Below the pieces are notes generated by a model. That model had not been told where the DNA came from and searched no databases. It worked only from the letters and a program-made list of their open reading frames with translations. The translations under genes were made by a program, and so were the position numbers. From Terriglobia bacterium (lineage in GTDB: Bacteria > Acidobacteriota > Terriglobia > 20CM-2-55-15), in assembly GCA_965198225.1 (NCBI GenBank), contig CBDAOY010000008.1, positions 32,001 to 96,000 on the forward strand: a stretch of 64,000 bases of DNA, in the 5' to 3' direction. Of the stretch, positions 26,781-37,218 are shown one piece after another. Position 1 is the stretch's first letter. Each line of letters begins with the position of its first letter.

Positions 26781-28817
26781 ATGAGACGACGCAGTGTAAA
26801 AATCAACCGGCGCCTGGTTGCGATCGCTCTTTTCATGAGCGTCTGGGGAATGGCAATAGGCGCGCGCCTGTACTTCCTGCAGGTCGTCGAGTCGGCGGAT
26901 TTCAGGGCGCGTGCCCAACGTCAGCAGCAGCGGGTTCTCGAGATCAGCCCGCAGCGTGGGCCCATCTACGATCGCAATGGAAAGGAGCTCGCCGTCAGTA
27001 TCGACGTTGAATCGTTGTACGCGGTGCCCGCAGAGATCGAGGACCCGCATCGAACTGCCGCATTTCTTTCCGAGATTCTCGACATTCCAACTCCGTCCCT
27101 GGAGTCCCGTCTTGATACCGAGCGGTCCTTTATCTGGATCGAGAGGAAGATTACGGCCCGGGAGGCCGCTCGGGTCAAGGCGCTCGAAGTAAAAGGACTT
27201 TACTTTCAGAAGGAATCGAAGAGGTTTTACCCCAAACGCGAGTTAGCGGCGCATGTTCTGGGCTTCGTCCGGCTCGACGACGAAGGCGGCGGGGGTATCG
27301 AGTACCGCTTTGACGATGTGGTCGGCGGCACCCCGGGCAAGGTCGTGGTGATGACCGACGCGAGAGGCCGCAGCTTTCATCGCCTGGAACAGCCGCCCAC
27401 AAGCGGCGGCGGCCTGAGAACCACGATCGACCAGAACATCCAGTACATCGTCGAGAGGGAACTCGTCAGCACCGCCCGGAAAACCAACGCCGCCGGCATT
27501 TCGATCATCGTAATGGACCCTTCCAACGGTGAAGTGCTCGCGATGGCCAACTACCCGCAGTTCAACCCGAACGAGTACGGCGCCTATCCGCCCCGTAGCT
27601 GGTCGAACCGCGCGATCAGCCACGTCTACGAACCCGGCTCCACGTTCAAGGTCGTTACAGCGGCCGCGGTCCTGGAGGAGAATCTTTCCAGCCTCGACGA
27701 GATCATCGATTGCCAAATGGGCTCGATTGTTCTCTTTGGCCACCGCATCCGCGATCACAAGCCCTTCGGTGAACTCAGTGTTCGCGAGATCCTGCAGTAT
27801 TCCTCCGACGTCGGGATCATCAAGCTGGGTCTGCGGCTGGGCGATGCTCGGTTCGCGGACTACATCGACCGGATCGGTTTCGGGAGAGCCACCGAAATCG
27901 ACCTGCCCGGTGAGGAGCACGGCCTGACGAAGCCAGCGTCGGAATGGTCCCGCGTTTCTGTCGGTGCGATATCGATGGGGCAGGAAATCGGCACGACTGC
28001 CTTGCAAATCGTCAACTTGATGTCGGCTGTCGCCAATGGCGGAATACTCTACCGGCCCTTCGTCGTGAAGAGCGTGGAGGATGGCGATGGCAAGATCCTT
28101 CGGGAAACCCGCCCCAGCGGCAGGCGCGTCATGTTCCCTGAAACCGCCCGGTCCCTCCAGGACGCCCTCGAAGCGGTCGTGGCGGCCGGAACTGCCCGAT
28201 CCGCACAGATCCCGGGCTTTACCGTGGCGGGAAAGACGGGGACGGCACAGAAATACCACCGCGAGATCGGGACCTACTCGCCGACCAAGCACGTCGCGTC
28301 GTTCGCCGGATATGCTCCGGCGAGCAACCCGGTGGTTTCCGCCATCGTCGTCATCGATGAGCCGGAGGGGGCCGACGGTGGAGGTGAGGTAGCCGCGCCG
28401 GTCTTCAAAGCGGTCGTCGAGCAGATTCTTCGCTACCGCTCGATCGTTCCCGACGCTCCCTCATCCGTACCGCGATTCACTGAAGAGGGCGACGATCTGC
28501 TGGCGCCGCCCAGCCCGCGGCGTCGGATTGAAGATGTTATAGTGAATGGTTGGGAAGTCGTGGATACCTCCCTGCCGGAGAATTTGGGTTTCCCGAGTAC
28601 TTCTTCCCGTGAGGAACACGCGCTCGTTCAACTCCCAGTCCCGAATTTTTACGGAAAGTCCCTTCGACAGGTGACCGGCGACTGCCTGAGGCTTGGCTTG
28701 AGGTTGCAATCGGGCGGCTCCGGGGTTGCCGTGGAGCAGGCTCCCTCGCCCGGATCGCTGGTTCGACCTGGCACTCGCATCCAGGTTCGGTTTTCGACCA
28801 TCACGGGAGGGTCGTAG
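26781..28817 (+). CDS. ftsI: class B penicillin-binding protein FtsI with PASTA domain
   Basis: RGPIYDRNG, R.YP, EPGSTFK, SSD, GKTGTAQK, C-terminal PASTA-like segment. Confidence 0.93.
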   Translation: MRRRSVKINRRLVAIALFMSVWGMAIGARLYFLQVVESADFRARAQRQQQRVLEISPQRGPIYDRNGKELAVSIDVESLYAVPAEIEDPHRTAAFLSEILDIPTPSLESRLDTERSFIWIERKITAREAARVKALEVKGLYFQKESKRFYPKRELAAHVLGFVRLDDEGGGGIEYRFDDVVGGTPGKVVVMTDARGRSFHRLEQPPTSGGGLRTTIDQNIQYIVERELVSTARKTNAAGISIIVMDPSNGEVLAMANYPQFNPNEYGAYPPRSWSNRAISHVYEPGSTFKVVTAAAVLEENLSSLDEIIDCQMGSIVLFGHRIRDHKPFGELSVREILQYSSDVGIIKLGLRLGDARFADYIDRIGFGRATEIDLPGEEHGLTKPASEWSRVSVGAISMGQEIGTTALQIVNLMSAVANGGILYRPFVVKSVEDGDGKILRETRPSGRRVMFPETARSLQDALEAVVAAGTARSAQIPGFTVAGKTGTAQKYHREIGTYSPTKHVASFAGYAPASNPVVSAIVVIDEPEGADGGGEVAAPVFKAVVEQILRYRSIVPDAPSSVPRFTEEGDDLLAPPSPRRRIEDVIVNGWEVVDTSLPENLGFPSTSSREEHALVQLPVPNFYGKSLRQVTGDCLRLGLRLQSGGSGVAVEQAPSPGSLVRPGTRIQVRFSTITGGS

Positions 28818-28872
28818 CAGCTACGGGCTGCTATGCCGGACGATGTCCGCACATTGTTCTAGGTTGAGGGAT

Positions 28873-28897
28873 GTGCGCTCATAGAGCGCACCTACAC
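28873..28897 (-). repeat. GTAG REP copy
   Basis: GTGCGCTCATAGAGCGCACCTACAC. Confidence 0.8.
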
Positions 28898-28977
28898 CGG
28901 AGGTGACGGAGCCGCATTCCGTCGTCGCGGTGTCGACGGACCGTTTACTGGAGGCGAACAGAAAGCAAGATTGGACG

Positions 28978-30438
28978 ATGAAATTGGGCGATCTGTTGGA
29001 AGGCATGGATGTCCGAAAAGTGACCGGCGATATGGGTGTTCCGGTGTCCGGTGTTGCCTACGACTCCCGGCAAGTCGAGTCTGATGCCGTTTTCGTTGCG
29101 ATCAAGGGAGCCGAGGCTGACGGGAACGACTACATCGATGAGGCGATCGGCCGAGGCGCCATAGCGGTCGTTTCACAGCAACCCCGCCGAGAGGAGATTC
29201 CGTGGATCCAGGTGGAATCGACGCGTTCCGCCCTGGCTGCGCTGGCTTCGAATTATTTCGGGCGGCCGACTTCCCACTTGCGTCTGGTCGGGATCACGGG
29301 CACCAACGGCAAGACGACCACGACTTACCTCGTCGAGTCGATCCTGAAGGCGGCCGACCGACAGGTCGCTGTGATGGGGACCATTGACTACCGCGGCCCC
29401 GGATTCGCGCGCTCCGCCGAGCGAACGACCCCGGAAGCCCCGGATCTGGAGCGTCTCTTTCGATCCGCCGTGGATGCCGGTTGCGGCTACGGGGTCCTGG
29501 AGGTGTCGTCGCACGCGATCGTACTCGGGCGTGTCGAGCGGCTCGATTTCGAAGTCGCGGCTTTCACGAACCTGACCGGAGATCATCTCGACTTCCACGG
29601 CGGGATGCGGGCTTATTTCGAGGCCAAGAAGAAGCTGTTCTCCGGCCTGGCCGGTCGCGCACCCCGATGGGGCGTCATCAACCGGGACGACGACACTTTC
29701 GAGGAACTCCGCGACAGCGGCCCGGCCGCCATCCTGTCATACGGACTGCATTCCAACGCGGATATCCATCCGCATAGCTGTCGTTTCGACGAGCGGGGCA
29801 CCGACGTCGGATTCGAGACCCCGCGGGGACGACTCCGGATCCGATCGTCCCTGATGGGACGACCGAACTTGTACAACCTGGCCTTGGCGTTAGGGATCGG
29901 TATAGCCCTGGAGGTGCCGACGGAGTCGATCATCACCGGCATTGAAGCCCTCCGATGTGTGCCGGGACGCTTTGAACTCATCGATTGCGGCCAACGCTTC
30001 CGGGTCATCGTCGATTATGCGCATACCGACGATGCTCTCGAGAACTTGCTGGAAGCGGCCCGCGAGATAACTCGCGGCAGGCTCATCGTGGTGTTCGGCT
30101 GTGGCGGGGATCGAGATCGGACGAAACGCTCGCGCATGGGCGCCGTGGCCGGTCGCCTGAGCGATTTTGTCGTCGTCACTTCCGACAACCCGCGGAGCGA
30201 GGATCCAGCCGAAGTGATACGGATGGTAGAGGACGGCCTGCGTGATGGCGGCAGCAGCTGGGTTTCTCACGTCGATCGGCGCGTCGCGATACGTGCCGCG
30301 ATCGAGATGGCCAGGGATGAGGACACCGTGGCCATCGCCGGGAAGGGGCACGAGGACTACCAGTTGATCGGAGACGTCCGAATCCCGTTCGACGACCGAG
30401 TCATTGCCCGAGAGTTTCTCGATGAACTTAACGCTTGA
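28978..30438 (+). CDS. murE: UDP-MurNAc-dipeptide:DAP ligase
   Basis: GITGTNGKTTT, EVSSH, DHLDFH, DYAHT, DNPR, AGKGHE. Confidence 0.96.
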   Translation: MKLGDLLEGMDVRKVTGDMGVPVSGVAYDSRQVESDAVFVAIKGAEADGNDYIDEAIGRGAIAVVSQQPRREEIPWIQVESTRSALAALASNYFGRPTSHLRLVGITGTNGKTTTTYLVESILKAADRQVAVMGTIDYRGPGFARSAERTTPEAPDLERLFRSAVDAGCGYGVLEVSSHAIVLGRVERLDFEVAAFTNLTGDHLDFHGGMRAYFEAKKKLFSGLAGRAPRWGVINRDDDTFEELRDSGPAAILSYGLHSNADIHPHSCRFDERGTDVGFETPRGRLRIRSSLMGRPNLYNLALALGIGIALEVPTESIITGIEALRCVPGRFELIDCGQRFRVIVDYAHTDDALENLLEAAREITRGRLIVVFGCGGDRDRTKRSRMGAVAGRLSDFVVVTSDNPRSEDPAEVIRMVEDGLRDGGSSWVSHVDRRVAIRAAIEMARDEDTVAIAGKGHEDYQLIGDVRIPFDDRVIAREFLDELNA

Positions 30439-31813
30439 AGAAATCGCTGGGCATGTCGAGGGGAGACTGTATGGACCCGCCACGGCGGGCGTCCGCGGGT
30501 ATTCGATCGACAGCCGGACGCTCAAGCGTGGGGAATTGTTCTTCGCCATCAAGGGGCCGCGATTCGACGGCCACGAATTCGTCGCGCAAGCGGCTCAGCG
30601 TGGAGCGGCTGGCGTCGTGGTATCCGACGCCGTGCCCAGTATCGACGGTCTGGCTCGGATAGAGGTCGCTTCGACGCTGGTGGCGATTCAGAAGCTGGCT
30701 CGCGCGGTGCGGCGGCTCTGGGGTCGGCCGATCATCGCGGTCACCGGCAGCGTCGGAAAGACTACAACAAAGGAAATGATCGCCGCCGTCCTCGGAAGAC
30801 GGTTCACCGTTTTCCGCTCGGTCGGCAACTTGAACAACGAGTACGGGCTGCCGCTCTGTCTTCTCCGGATCGAGAAATACCACGAGTTGGCGGTGCTGGA
30901 GATGGGAATGTCGGCCGCGGGTGAGATTGCGACTCTCGCTTCGATCGCCGAACCGAACGAAGGTATCGTCACCAACGTCAATCCCGTCCACATGGAATTC
31001 TTTGAATCCATCGACGACATCGCCCGGGCAAAGGCTGAATTGCTGGACGGCCTGGTAGGGGACCGCCGGGCATACCTGAACTACGACGATTCCCGAGTGC
31101 GCTCCATGGCGCGACGATTCGACGGCGACATCGTGACCTATGGAATCCGATCGGCCGCCGCCTTTCGCGTGATCCAGATCGAGAATCTCGGTCTCGAGGG
31201 TACCGGTTTTACGGTCCGTCACGGTCGCCGGAGGGTGAACTTCGTGCTGCCGTTGCTGGGCGATCACAATGTTTCGAATGCCACCGCCGCCATCTCCGTC
31301 GCTCTGACTCACGGGCTCAGCTGGGACGACGCGCGTTTGGCCGTCGAGGGAATGGCCCCGGAAAGAATGAGGGGCGAAGTCATCCCGTTCCGTGACGGCT
31401 TTGCGGTGATTGACGACTCCTACAACTCGAATCCGAGGGCCCTGACCGAGATGATCCGTCTACTGGGGAAAATGGTCGGCTTCGGCAGGAAGATTCTGGT
31501 TGCGGGCGAGATGCTCGAACTGGGTGAGACCAGCGGCGAGTCGCACGCCGCCTGCGGCAGGGAAGCCGTCAAAGCAGGAATTGACCTGATCGTCGGCGTC
31601 TCCGGCGATGCGAAGGAACTGATAGCGGGCGCGGCCGCGGCCGGTGCGGATCAGTCTCGACTCCGTTTCGTTCGCGACGCAGTCGATGCCGGGGACTACC
31701 TGGTTCAGACAGTGAAGAAAGACGACCTTGTATTGTTGAAGGGTTCGCGCCGCGTTCGTCTGGAGCAGGTGCTGGACACACTACGACTGAGCTTTTCAAG
31801 CCTGGAACCGTAA
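30422..31813 (+). CDS. murF: UDP-MurNAc-tripeptide:D-Ala-D-Ala ligase
   Basis: [31 protein letters not shown]. Confidence 0.96.
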   Translation: MNLTLEEIAGHVEGRLYGPATAGVRGYSIDSRTLKRGELFFAIKGPRFDGHEFVAQAAQRGAAGVVVSDAVPSIDGLARIEVASTLVAIQKLARAVRRLWGRPIIAVTGSVGKTTTKEMIAAVLGRRFTVFRSVGNLNNEYGLPLCLLRIEKYHELAVLEMGMSAAGEIATLASIAEPNEGIVTNVNPVHMEFFESIDDIARAKAELLDGLVGDRRAYLNYDDSRVRSMARRFDGDIVTYGIRSAAAFRVIQIENLGLEGTGFTVRHGRRRVNFVLPLLGDHNVSNATAAISVALTHGLSWDDARLAVEGMAPERMRGEVIPFRDGFAVIDDSYNSNPRALTEMIRLLGKMVGFGRKILVAGEMLELGETSGESHAACGREAVKAGIDLIVGVSGDAKELIAGAAAAGADQSRLRFVRDAVDAGDYLVQTVKKDDLVLLKGSRRVRLEQVLDTLRLSFSSLEP

Positions 31814-32961
31814 TGCTGTATCACTTGCTGTGGGAATACCTCTATCCGATCGCGGCCGACTGGCCGGTCCTGAGTGTTCTGAACGTCTTTCAGTACATTA
31901 CCTTCCGGACGGCGATGGCGAGTATCACGGCGCTGTTGATCAGCCTGCTGCTCGGAGGGTGGCTGATCGGGCGACTCCGGGACTTTCAGATCGGCCAGAA
32001 CATCCGTGAGGATGGGCCGCAGTCGCATCACTCCAAAGCCGGCACCCCCACGATGGGCGGCGTTCTGATTGTCGTTTCGATCGTCCTGTCCACCCTGCTG
32101 TGGACCGATTTGAGCAACCCGTTCGGGTGGCTGCTGATCGGGTCCACACTGGCGTTCGGAGCGGTTGGCTTCGCTGACGACTACCTGAAGATCGTGCGGA
32201 AACGTTCGCTCGGGTTGAGGGCTCGAGCCAAGATCGGCCTGCAGGTGCTGATCACGCTGCTCGTCGGCTACGTGCTGCTCGACCTGACCGGTCGAGGCGT
32301 CTTCTCGACCCGTCTGACCGTACCTTTCTTCAAGACGTTTACACCCGATCTCGTGATGTCCGAGCTGGTGGCGGCACCGCTGTTCTTCTTCGGATTTCTG
32401 CCTTTCCTCTTGTTTATCAGCCTCGTCATCGTCGGCTCTTCGAACGCCGTGAACCTCACCGACGGGCTCGACGGACTGGCGATCGGATCGGTCTTGATCG
32501 CCTCCGGCGCGTTGACCGTGTTGACCTACGTGACGGGGCACGTCGTTTTCTCGGAATATCTCGACCTGCAGCATCTGCCCCGGGTCGGTGAAGTCACGAT
32601 CTTCTGTGGCTCGATGGCTGGAGCGAGCATGGGTTTCCTCTGGTACAACGCCCACCCGGCCGACGTCTTCATGGGAGACGTGGGTTCATTGTCGCTGGGT
32701 GGAGCGATCGGTACCGTTGCCGTCGTGATCAAACAGGAGTTGTTGTTGGTTTTTATTGGAGGAATCTTCGTTGTCGAGGCACTTTCGGTGATGGTCCAGG
32801 TGTTTTCTTTCAAGGTGCGCGGGAAGCGCGTCTTCAAGATGGCCCCACTCCACCATCACTTCGAACTCCTGGGCTGGGACGAATCGAAGATCATCATCCG
32901 ATTCTGGATTGCCGCGTTGTTGTTCGCGTTGGCGAGTCTGTCGACGCTGAAGCTGCGTTAG
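31813..32961 (+). CDS. mraY: phospho-N-acetylmuramoyl-pentapeptide transferase
   Basis: [40 protein letters not shown]. Confidence 0.97.
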   Translation: MLYHLLWEYLYPIAADWPVLSVLNVFQYITFRTAMASITALLISLLLGGWLIGRLRDFQIGQNIREDGPQSHHSKAGTPTMGGVLIVVSIVLSTLLWTDLSNPFGWLLIGSTLAFGAVGFADDYLKIVRKRSLGLRARAKIGLQVLITLLVGYVLLDLTGRGVFSTRLTVPFFKTFTPDLVMSELVAAPLFFFGFLPFLLFISLVIVGSSNAVNLTDGLDGLAIGSVLIASGALTVLTYVTGHVVFSEYLDLQHLPRVGEVTIFCGSMAGASMGFLWYNAHPADVFMGDVGSLSLGGAIGTVAVVIKQELLLVFIGGIFVVEALSVMVQVFSFKVRGKRVFKMAPLHHHFELLGWDESKIIIRFWIAALLFALASLSTLKLR

Positions 32962-33225
32962 GGCCCCTGCGGGGCCCTGGGCCCTTCGGGCCCCGTAGGA
33001 CGTTGTCCGTAGGCCGTTGGGGCCCTTCGGGCCCAGTAAGACGTTACCCGTAGGCCGTTGAAGAGGAGAAGAGAGACGAAGTGGCGAGTGACAAGTGACG
33101 AGTGAATAACGTGAGAATCAAGAGACAAACTTCCGGAATGGACGAGAAGTGCCGCACAACGGCCTACGGGCAACGGCCTACGCACAACGGTGCCGCCCAA
33201 CGGCCTACGGACAACGGCCTACTCC
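32960..33225. repeat. intergenic mosaic of short repeats (CAACGGCCTACG units on both strands, GGGCCC hairpins)
   Basis: CGTAGGCCGTTG copies at about 33008-33060 face CAACGGCCTACG copies at 33157-33222; the same unit recurs at 37185-37210. Confidence 0.75.
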
Positions 33226-33256
33226 GAACGAGCGCAAGCGAGTTCGGAACGTAACG

Positions 33257-34597
33257 ATGGTACTCGTCGTCGGCATGGCCCGAAGCGGTCTCGCAGTCTC
33301 ACGGCTTCTCCGCCACCAGGGCGTTTCCGTGTTCGCCACCGATTCGGACCGGAGTGGGTTGGAGCCGGAGTTCAACCTGCTCGGTGTGCCCTACGAGACA
33401 GGTCGGCACGACGTGAAGAAATTTATCGACGCCCGCGAGATCGTTGTCAGCCCCGGCGTGCCTCTCGACAGCGAGCCCCTCGTCGCGGCCCGCGAGAACG
33501 AGGTCCCCATCGTCAGCGAGTTAGAAGTGGCATCTCGTTACCTGAAAGGCGACATCGTTGCGATCACCGGCTCCAACGGAAAGACGACGACGACGAAACT
33601 CATCGGAGAAATACTGGCACTGGGTGACCGGCCGGTCCAAGTCGGTGGCAACATCGGGGTTGCGGCGTCCGACCTGGTTGCAGGCTCGAGCGATGAAACG
33701 GTGAATGTGCTCGAGGTCAGTAGCTTTCAACTGGATGCGATCGTCGATTTTCGTCCGGATGTTGCCCTCCTCCTGAACGTCACGCCCGACCACATGGATC
33801 GATACGCCGACTTCGCCGCCTACCGGGATGCGAAGTTCAACCTGTTCCGGAACCAATCGGATTCTGACTTTGCAGTTCTGAACGTTGATGATCCGGAGTG
33901 CTACCCGGCCCCGGAGTGGCTCGCAGCCCGCCAGTTCCTGTTCAGCAGCAGCCGCCGACTGGATTCAGGCGCCAGTCTGTCCGGAGACGATCTGTTCGTT
34001 CTCGGTCGGAGAATTCTTTCGCTCGGCGAGATCCCCCTCAGGGGGAGGCACAACGTCGACAACGTGCTGGCCGCGTGCCTCGTTGCCGATCTCCACGGGA
34101 TCACTCCGAACTCGATGGCTTCTACCATTCGTTCATTTGCCGGTGTCGAACATCGACTCGAGACTGCGGGCGCGATCGACGGCATCGAGTTCGTCAACGA
34201 TTCGAAGGCGACCAACGTCGATTCGGCTGTGAAAGCCGTCGAGAGCTTCGACGCCAACGTGATCGTCATCGTCGGTGGGACAGACAAGGGCGCGTCGTAT
34301 GAACCTCTGGTCAGCGCGATGGAAGGTCGGGTCAAGCGGGTGCTCCTGATAGGCGCCGCCGCCGACAAGCTGGAGGATGCAATCGGCGATCGCTTATCGG
34401 CTGTCCGTGTGGCTTCGATGGACGATGCAGTCGCACAGGCGCTGGATTCAGGACAAGCCGGAGACGTCGTCCTGCTCGCTCCCGCGTGTTCGAGTTTCGA
34501 CATGTTCGCGAATTACGAAGAACGGGGCAGGGCGTTCAAGAATGCAGTGCGTGCGCGTGCCGAAGTGACAAGTGAGGGGCCCTTTGGGCCCCAGTAG
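33257..34597 (+). CDS. murD: UDP-MurNAc-L-Ala:D-Glu ligase
   Basis: VVGMARSG, SPGV, TGSNGKTTT, EVSSFQL, HRLE, NDSKATN, PACSSFDMF; start approximate. Confidence 0.95.
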   Translation: MVLVVGMARSGLAVSRLLRHQGVSVFATDSDRSGLEPEFNLLGVPYETGRHDVKKFIDAREIVVSPGVPLDSEPLVAARENEVPIVSELEVASRYLKGDIVAITGSNGKTTTTKLIGEILALGDRPVQVGGNIGVAASDLVAGSSDETVNVLEVSSFQLDAIVDFRPDVALLLNVTPDHMDRYADFAAYRDAKFNLFRNQSDSDFAVLNVDDPECYPAPEWLAARQFLFSSSRRLDSGASLSGDDLFVLGRRILSLGEIPLRGRHNVDNVLAACLVADLHGITPNSMASTIRSFAGVEHRLETAGAIDGIEFVNDSKATNVDSAVKAVESFDANVIVIVGGTDKGASYEPLVSAMEGRVKRVLLIGAAADKLEDAIGDRLSAVRVASMDDAVAQALDSGQAGDVVLLAPACSSFDMFANYEERGRAFKNAVRARAEVTSEGPFGPQ

Positions 34598-34845
34598 TCA
34601 GATGCCAGTAGTCAGTTGAAGAGAGAAGAAGTGCCAAGTGACGAGTAAGACAAGCGGCAGTGCGGTCGCACGGGGAAGTGCCAAGTGAGGGGCCCTTTGG
34701 GCCCAGTAGTCAGTTGCCAGTAGTCAGTAGTCAGTTGAAGAGAAGAGAAGTGACAAGTGACGAGTAAGACAATGACTGGTCAGTTTAGGCCCAAGCGATG
34801 TCGAGCAGGAGGTTCCGACTTGTCACTCTTCACTCGTCACTCGCA
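34569..34845. repeat. two roughly 90-bp direct copies built from heptamers (CAGTAGT, AAGTGAC) plus a complementary arm
   Basis: CAAGTGAGGGG..CCTTTGGGCCC..AGTAGTCAG..TTGAAGAG..AAGTGACGAGTAAGACAA at about 34569-34653 and 34682-34772. Confidence 0.75.
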
Positions 34846-34884
34846 CTTGCATTTGAAAGAGTAGACGTTCGCTGAAGAACAAAC

Positions 34885-35976
34885 ATGGCTAGGAAGTTAA
34901 AGCCCGACTGGATCCTGTTCGTCACGACTCTGACGCTCGTGTTGATCGGCGTGCTCATGGTGTTCAGTTCGTCGGCCGTCTTGGCGAAGGAGTGGTACGG
35001 CGACCCCAACCGTTTCGCATTGAGGCACGTCGCCGCTGCGTCGCTCGGCTTGATTGCCATGTTCGCACTGATGAAGGTCGACTACCATCGCTACAGGCAC
35101 CCTGCGGTTGTGTTCTCGCTGCTCTCGGTAGTGATCGTGCTACTCGCGTTGGCGTTTCTCATGCCGACGTCGTCGAACACGCACCGCTGGATCCGTTTCG
35201 CGGGCTTGTCCTTCCAGCCTGCCGAGCTGGCCAAGCTGTCGCTCATCGTGTTCCTCGCATATTTCCTCGAGAAGCGAAAGGAGCGCGTGAACGACTTCAG
35301 CCTGACCTTGATTCCCATTGCGGTGATCAGCCTGCTCCTGGCAGGGCTGATCGTCTTGCAGCCCGACCTGGGAACCGCGATATCGATTCTTGCGGTCGTC
35401 TCGGTGTTGCTTTTCGTCGCTGGGCTGAACTTGAGATGGATCATCGTTGGCGCGATCGCGGCAGCACCGATTCTCTATGTTCTTGTGTATCAGGTTCCCT
35501 GGAGAAGGGAGCGTCTGCTTGCCTTCCTGGATCCCTGGGCCGACCCTCTGGGCAGCGGCTTTCAGATCATTCAGTCGTTGATATCGGTCGGGACAGGGGG
35601 CATCGCGGGCGTCGGCTTCATGGAAGGGCAGCAGAAGTTGTTTTACCTGCCCGAGCCCCACACCGACTTCATCTACGCGGTCGTGGGAGAAGAGCTCGGG
35701 CTGATCGGGACGGCGCTCGTGCTGGCGCTGTTCAGCGTATTCCTCTGGCGTGGCCTGCGCGGCGCAGCCAGAGCGCCCGACCCGTTTGGCTTCTACCTGG
35801 CGCTCGGGATCACGATGATGGTGGCGGTTCAGGCGTTCATCAATATGAGTGTGGTGCTGGGTCTGCTGCCGACGAAGGGAATCCCGTTGCCGTTTCTGAG
35901 CTACGGTGGCAGCTCTTTCCTGATCATGCTTGCGGGCGTCGGCGTCCTGATCAACGTGTCCCAACATGGGAGTTGA
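34885..35976 (+). CDS. ftsW: SEDS-family glycosyltransferase FtsW
   Basis: RWI, FQPAELAK, QPDLG, LPEPHTDFI, PFLSYGGSS. Confidence 0.96.
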   Translation: MARKLKPDWILFVTTLTLVLIGVLMVFSSSAVLAKEWYGDPNRFALRHVAAASLGLIAMFALMKVDYHRYRHPAVVFSLLSVVIVLLALAFLMPTSSNTHRWIRFAGLSFQPAELAKLSLIVFLAYFLEKRKERVNDFSLTLIPIAVISLLLAGLIVLQPDLGTAISILAVVSVLLFVAGLNLRWIIVGAIAAAPILYVLVYQVPWRRERLLAFLDPWADPLGSGFQIIQSLISVGTGGIAGVGFMEGQQKLFYLPEPHTDFIYAVVGEELGLIGTALVLALFSVFLWRGLRGAARAPDPFGFYLALGITMMVAVQAFINMSVVLGLLPTKGIPLPFLSYGGSSFLIMLAGVGVLINVSQHGS

Positions 35977-36071
35977 GGCAGCGGAATGGACGCGAAATCT
36001 TTGCACACAGGACTCGTATGTCTTTGTTTTTGAGGCGCGAAAAAAAGTTTGCCCGGTCCTGATCTGTCACT

Positions 36072-37148
36072 ATGAAGGCGATAATCGCAGGAGGTGGCAC
36101 AGGTGGTCACCTGTTCCCGGGAATCGCCGTTGCACGTGAGATTCTGCGACGCGAACCCGAAGCGGGGATCCTTTTCGCCGGCGCGGATCGTGGCATCGAG
36201 AAGCGAGTCGTTCCGCGGGAGGGCTTCAAACTGGAAACGTTGCCGATCGGAGGTATCAAGGGGACAGGTTTCGTCCGGGGCGCGAAGAACCTGTGTGCGA
36301 TGACGCTGGCGCTGGTGCGCGCCCTGGGCGTTCTGGGTCGCTTCGAGCCGGACGTCGTCGTCGGCGTCGGGGGTTACGCGTCGTTCCCCGTGGTCGGCGC
36401 GGCGATCCTGCGTGGAATACCGCGCGGCATAATGGAACAGAACGTTTCTCCCGGCCTCGCGAATCGGGTTTTGGGTTACCGGGTGGACTTTGCTGCGGTG
36501 ACCCACGAACGCACCGCGGCCTTCTTTCCGGGGAAAGCGGTGGTAACCGGCAATCCCGTACGTGCCGCGTTCAAGGAAATCGGACCAAAGGCAAGCCGGG
36601 AGCCGTTCACGATCTTGATCGTTGGGGGGAGCCAGGGGGCCGAGGCGATTAACCGGGCCGTGATGGATGCTCTGGACTCGCTGGAGGGCTTGCAGAGCAG
36701 GATCCGATTCGTCCATCAAAGCGGCGAGCGTCAGCTCGAGGAAATCCGAAGCTGCTACCGAGAACGAGGATTCGAGGCGCAAGTCGAGAGCTTTCTGGAT
36801 GACATCGCCCGTCAGTATGCAGCCTCTGACTTGATCATCTCACGAGCCGGTGGGACGACAGTCGCGGAAATAAAAGCGTCAGGCCGGGCGGCGATCCTGG
36901 TTCCGCTACCGTCGGCAGCGTTGGATCAACCCGGGAACGCAAAGGCGATGGTCGATGAGGCGGCCGCAGTGATGATAGGCAACGCTGAGTTGACAGGAGC
37001 GAGCCTGTCCGAGGAGATCATTCGCCTCCTCGAGGACACGGAAGCGTTGGCGCGCATGGAGAAGAACGCGAGAAAGATGGCCGTCCTGGACGCCGAGTCC
37101 CGGATCGTTGATCTGATCGAACAGGCTGTCGCAAGACGACGAAAATGA
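36072..37148 (+). CDS. murG: lipid II GlcNAc transferase
   Basis: GGGTGGHLFP, GGYAS, EQN, GNPVR, GGSQGA, SRAGG. Confidence 0.96.
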   Translation: MKAIIAGGGTGGHLFPGIAVAREILRREPEAGILFAGADRGIEKRVVPREGFKLETLPIGGIKGTGFVRGAKNLCAMTLALVRALGVLGRFEPDVVVGVGGYASFPVVGAAILRGIPRGIMEQNVSPGLANRVLGYRVDFAAVTHERTAAFFPGKAVVTGNPVRAAFKEIGPKASREPFTILIVGGSQGAEAINRAVMDALDSLEGLQSRIRFVHQSGERQLEEIRSCYRERGFEAQVESFLDDIARQYAASDLIISRAGGTTVAEIKASGRAAILVPLPSAALDQPGNAKAMVDEAAAVMIGNAELTGASLSEEIIRLLEDTEALARMEKNARKMAVLDAESRIVDLIEQAVARRRK

Positions 37149-37218
37149 TCAGTCCGCAGCAAGAGAGAATCGATTTGCGTCCGACAACGGCCTACGGCCT
37201 GCGGCCTACGACCTTCTA

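Noticed and set aside
34569-34845. Possible CRISPR array
   Set aside because: Only two long imperfect copies made of heptamers; no constant 25-40 bp repeat with unique spacers and no cas genes
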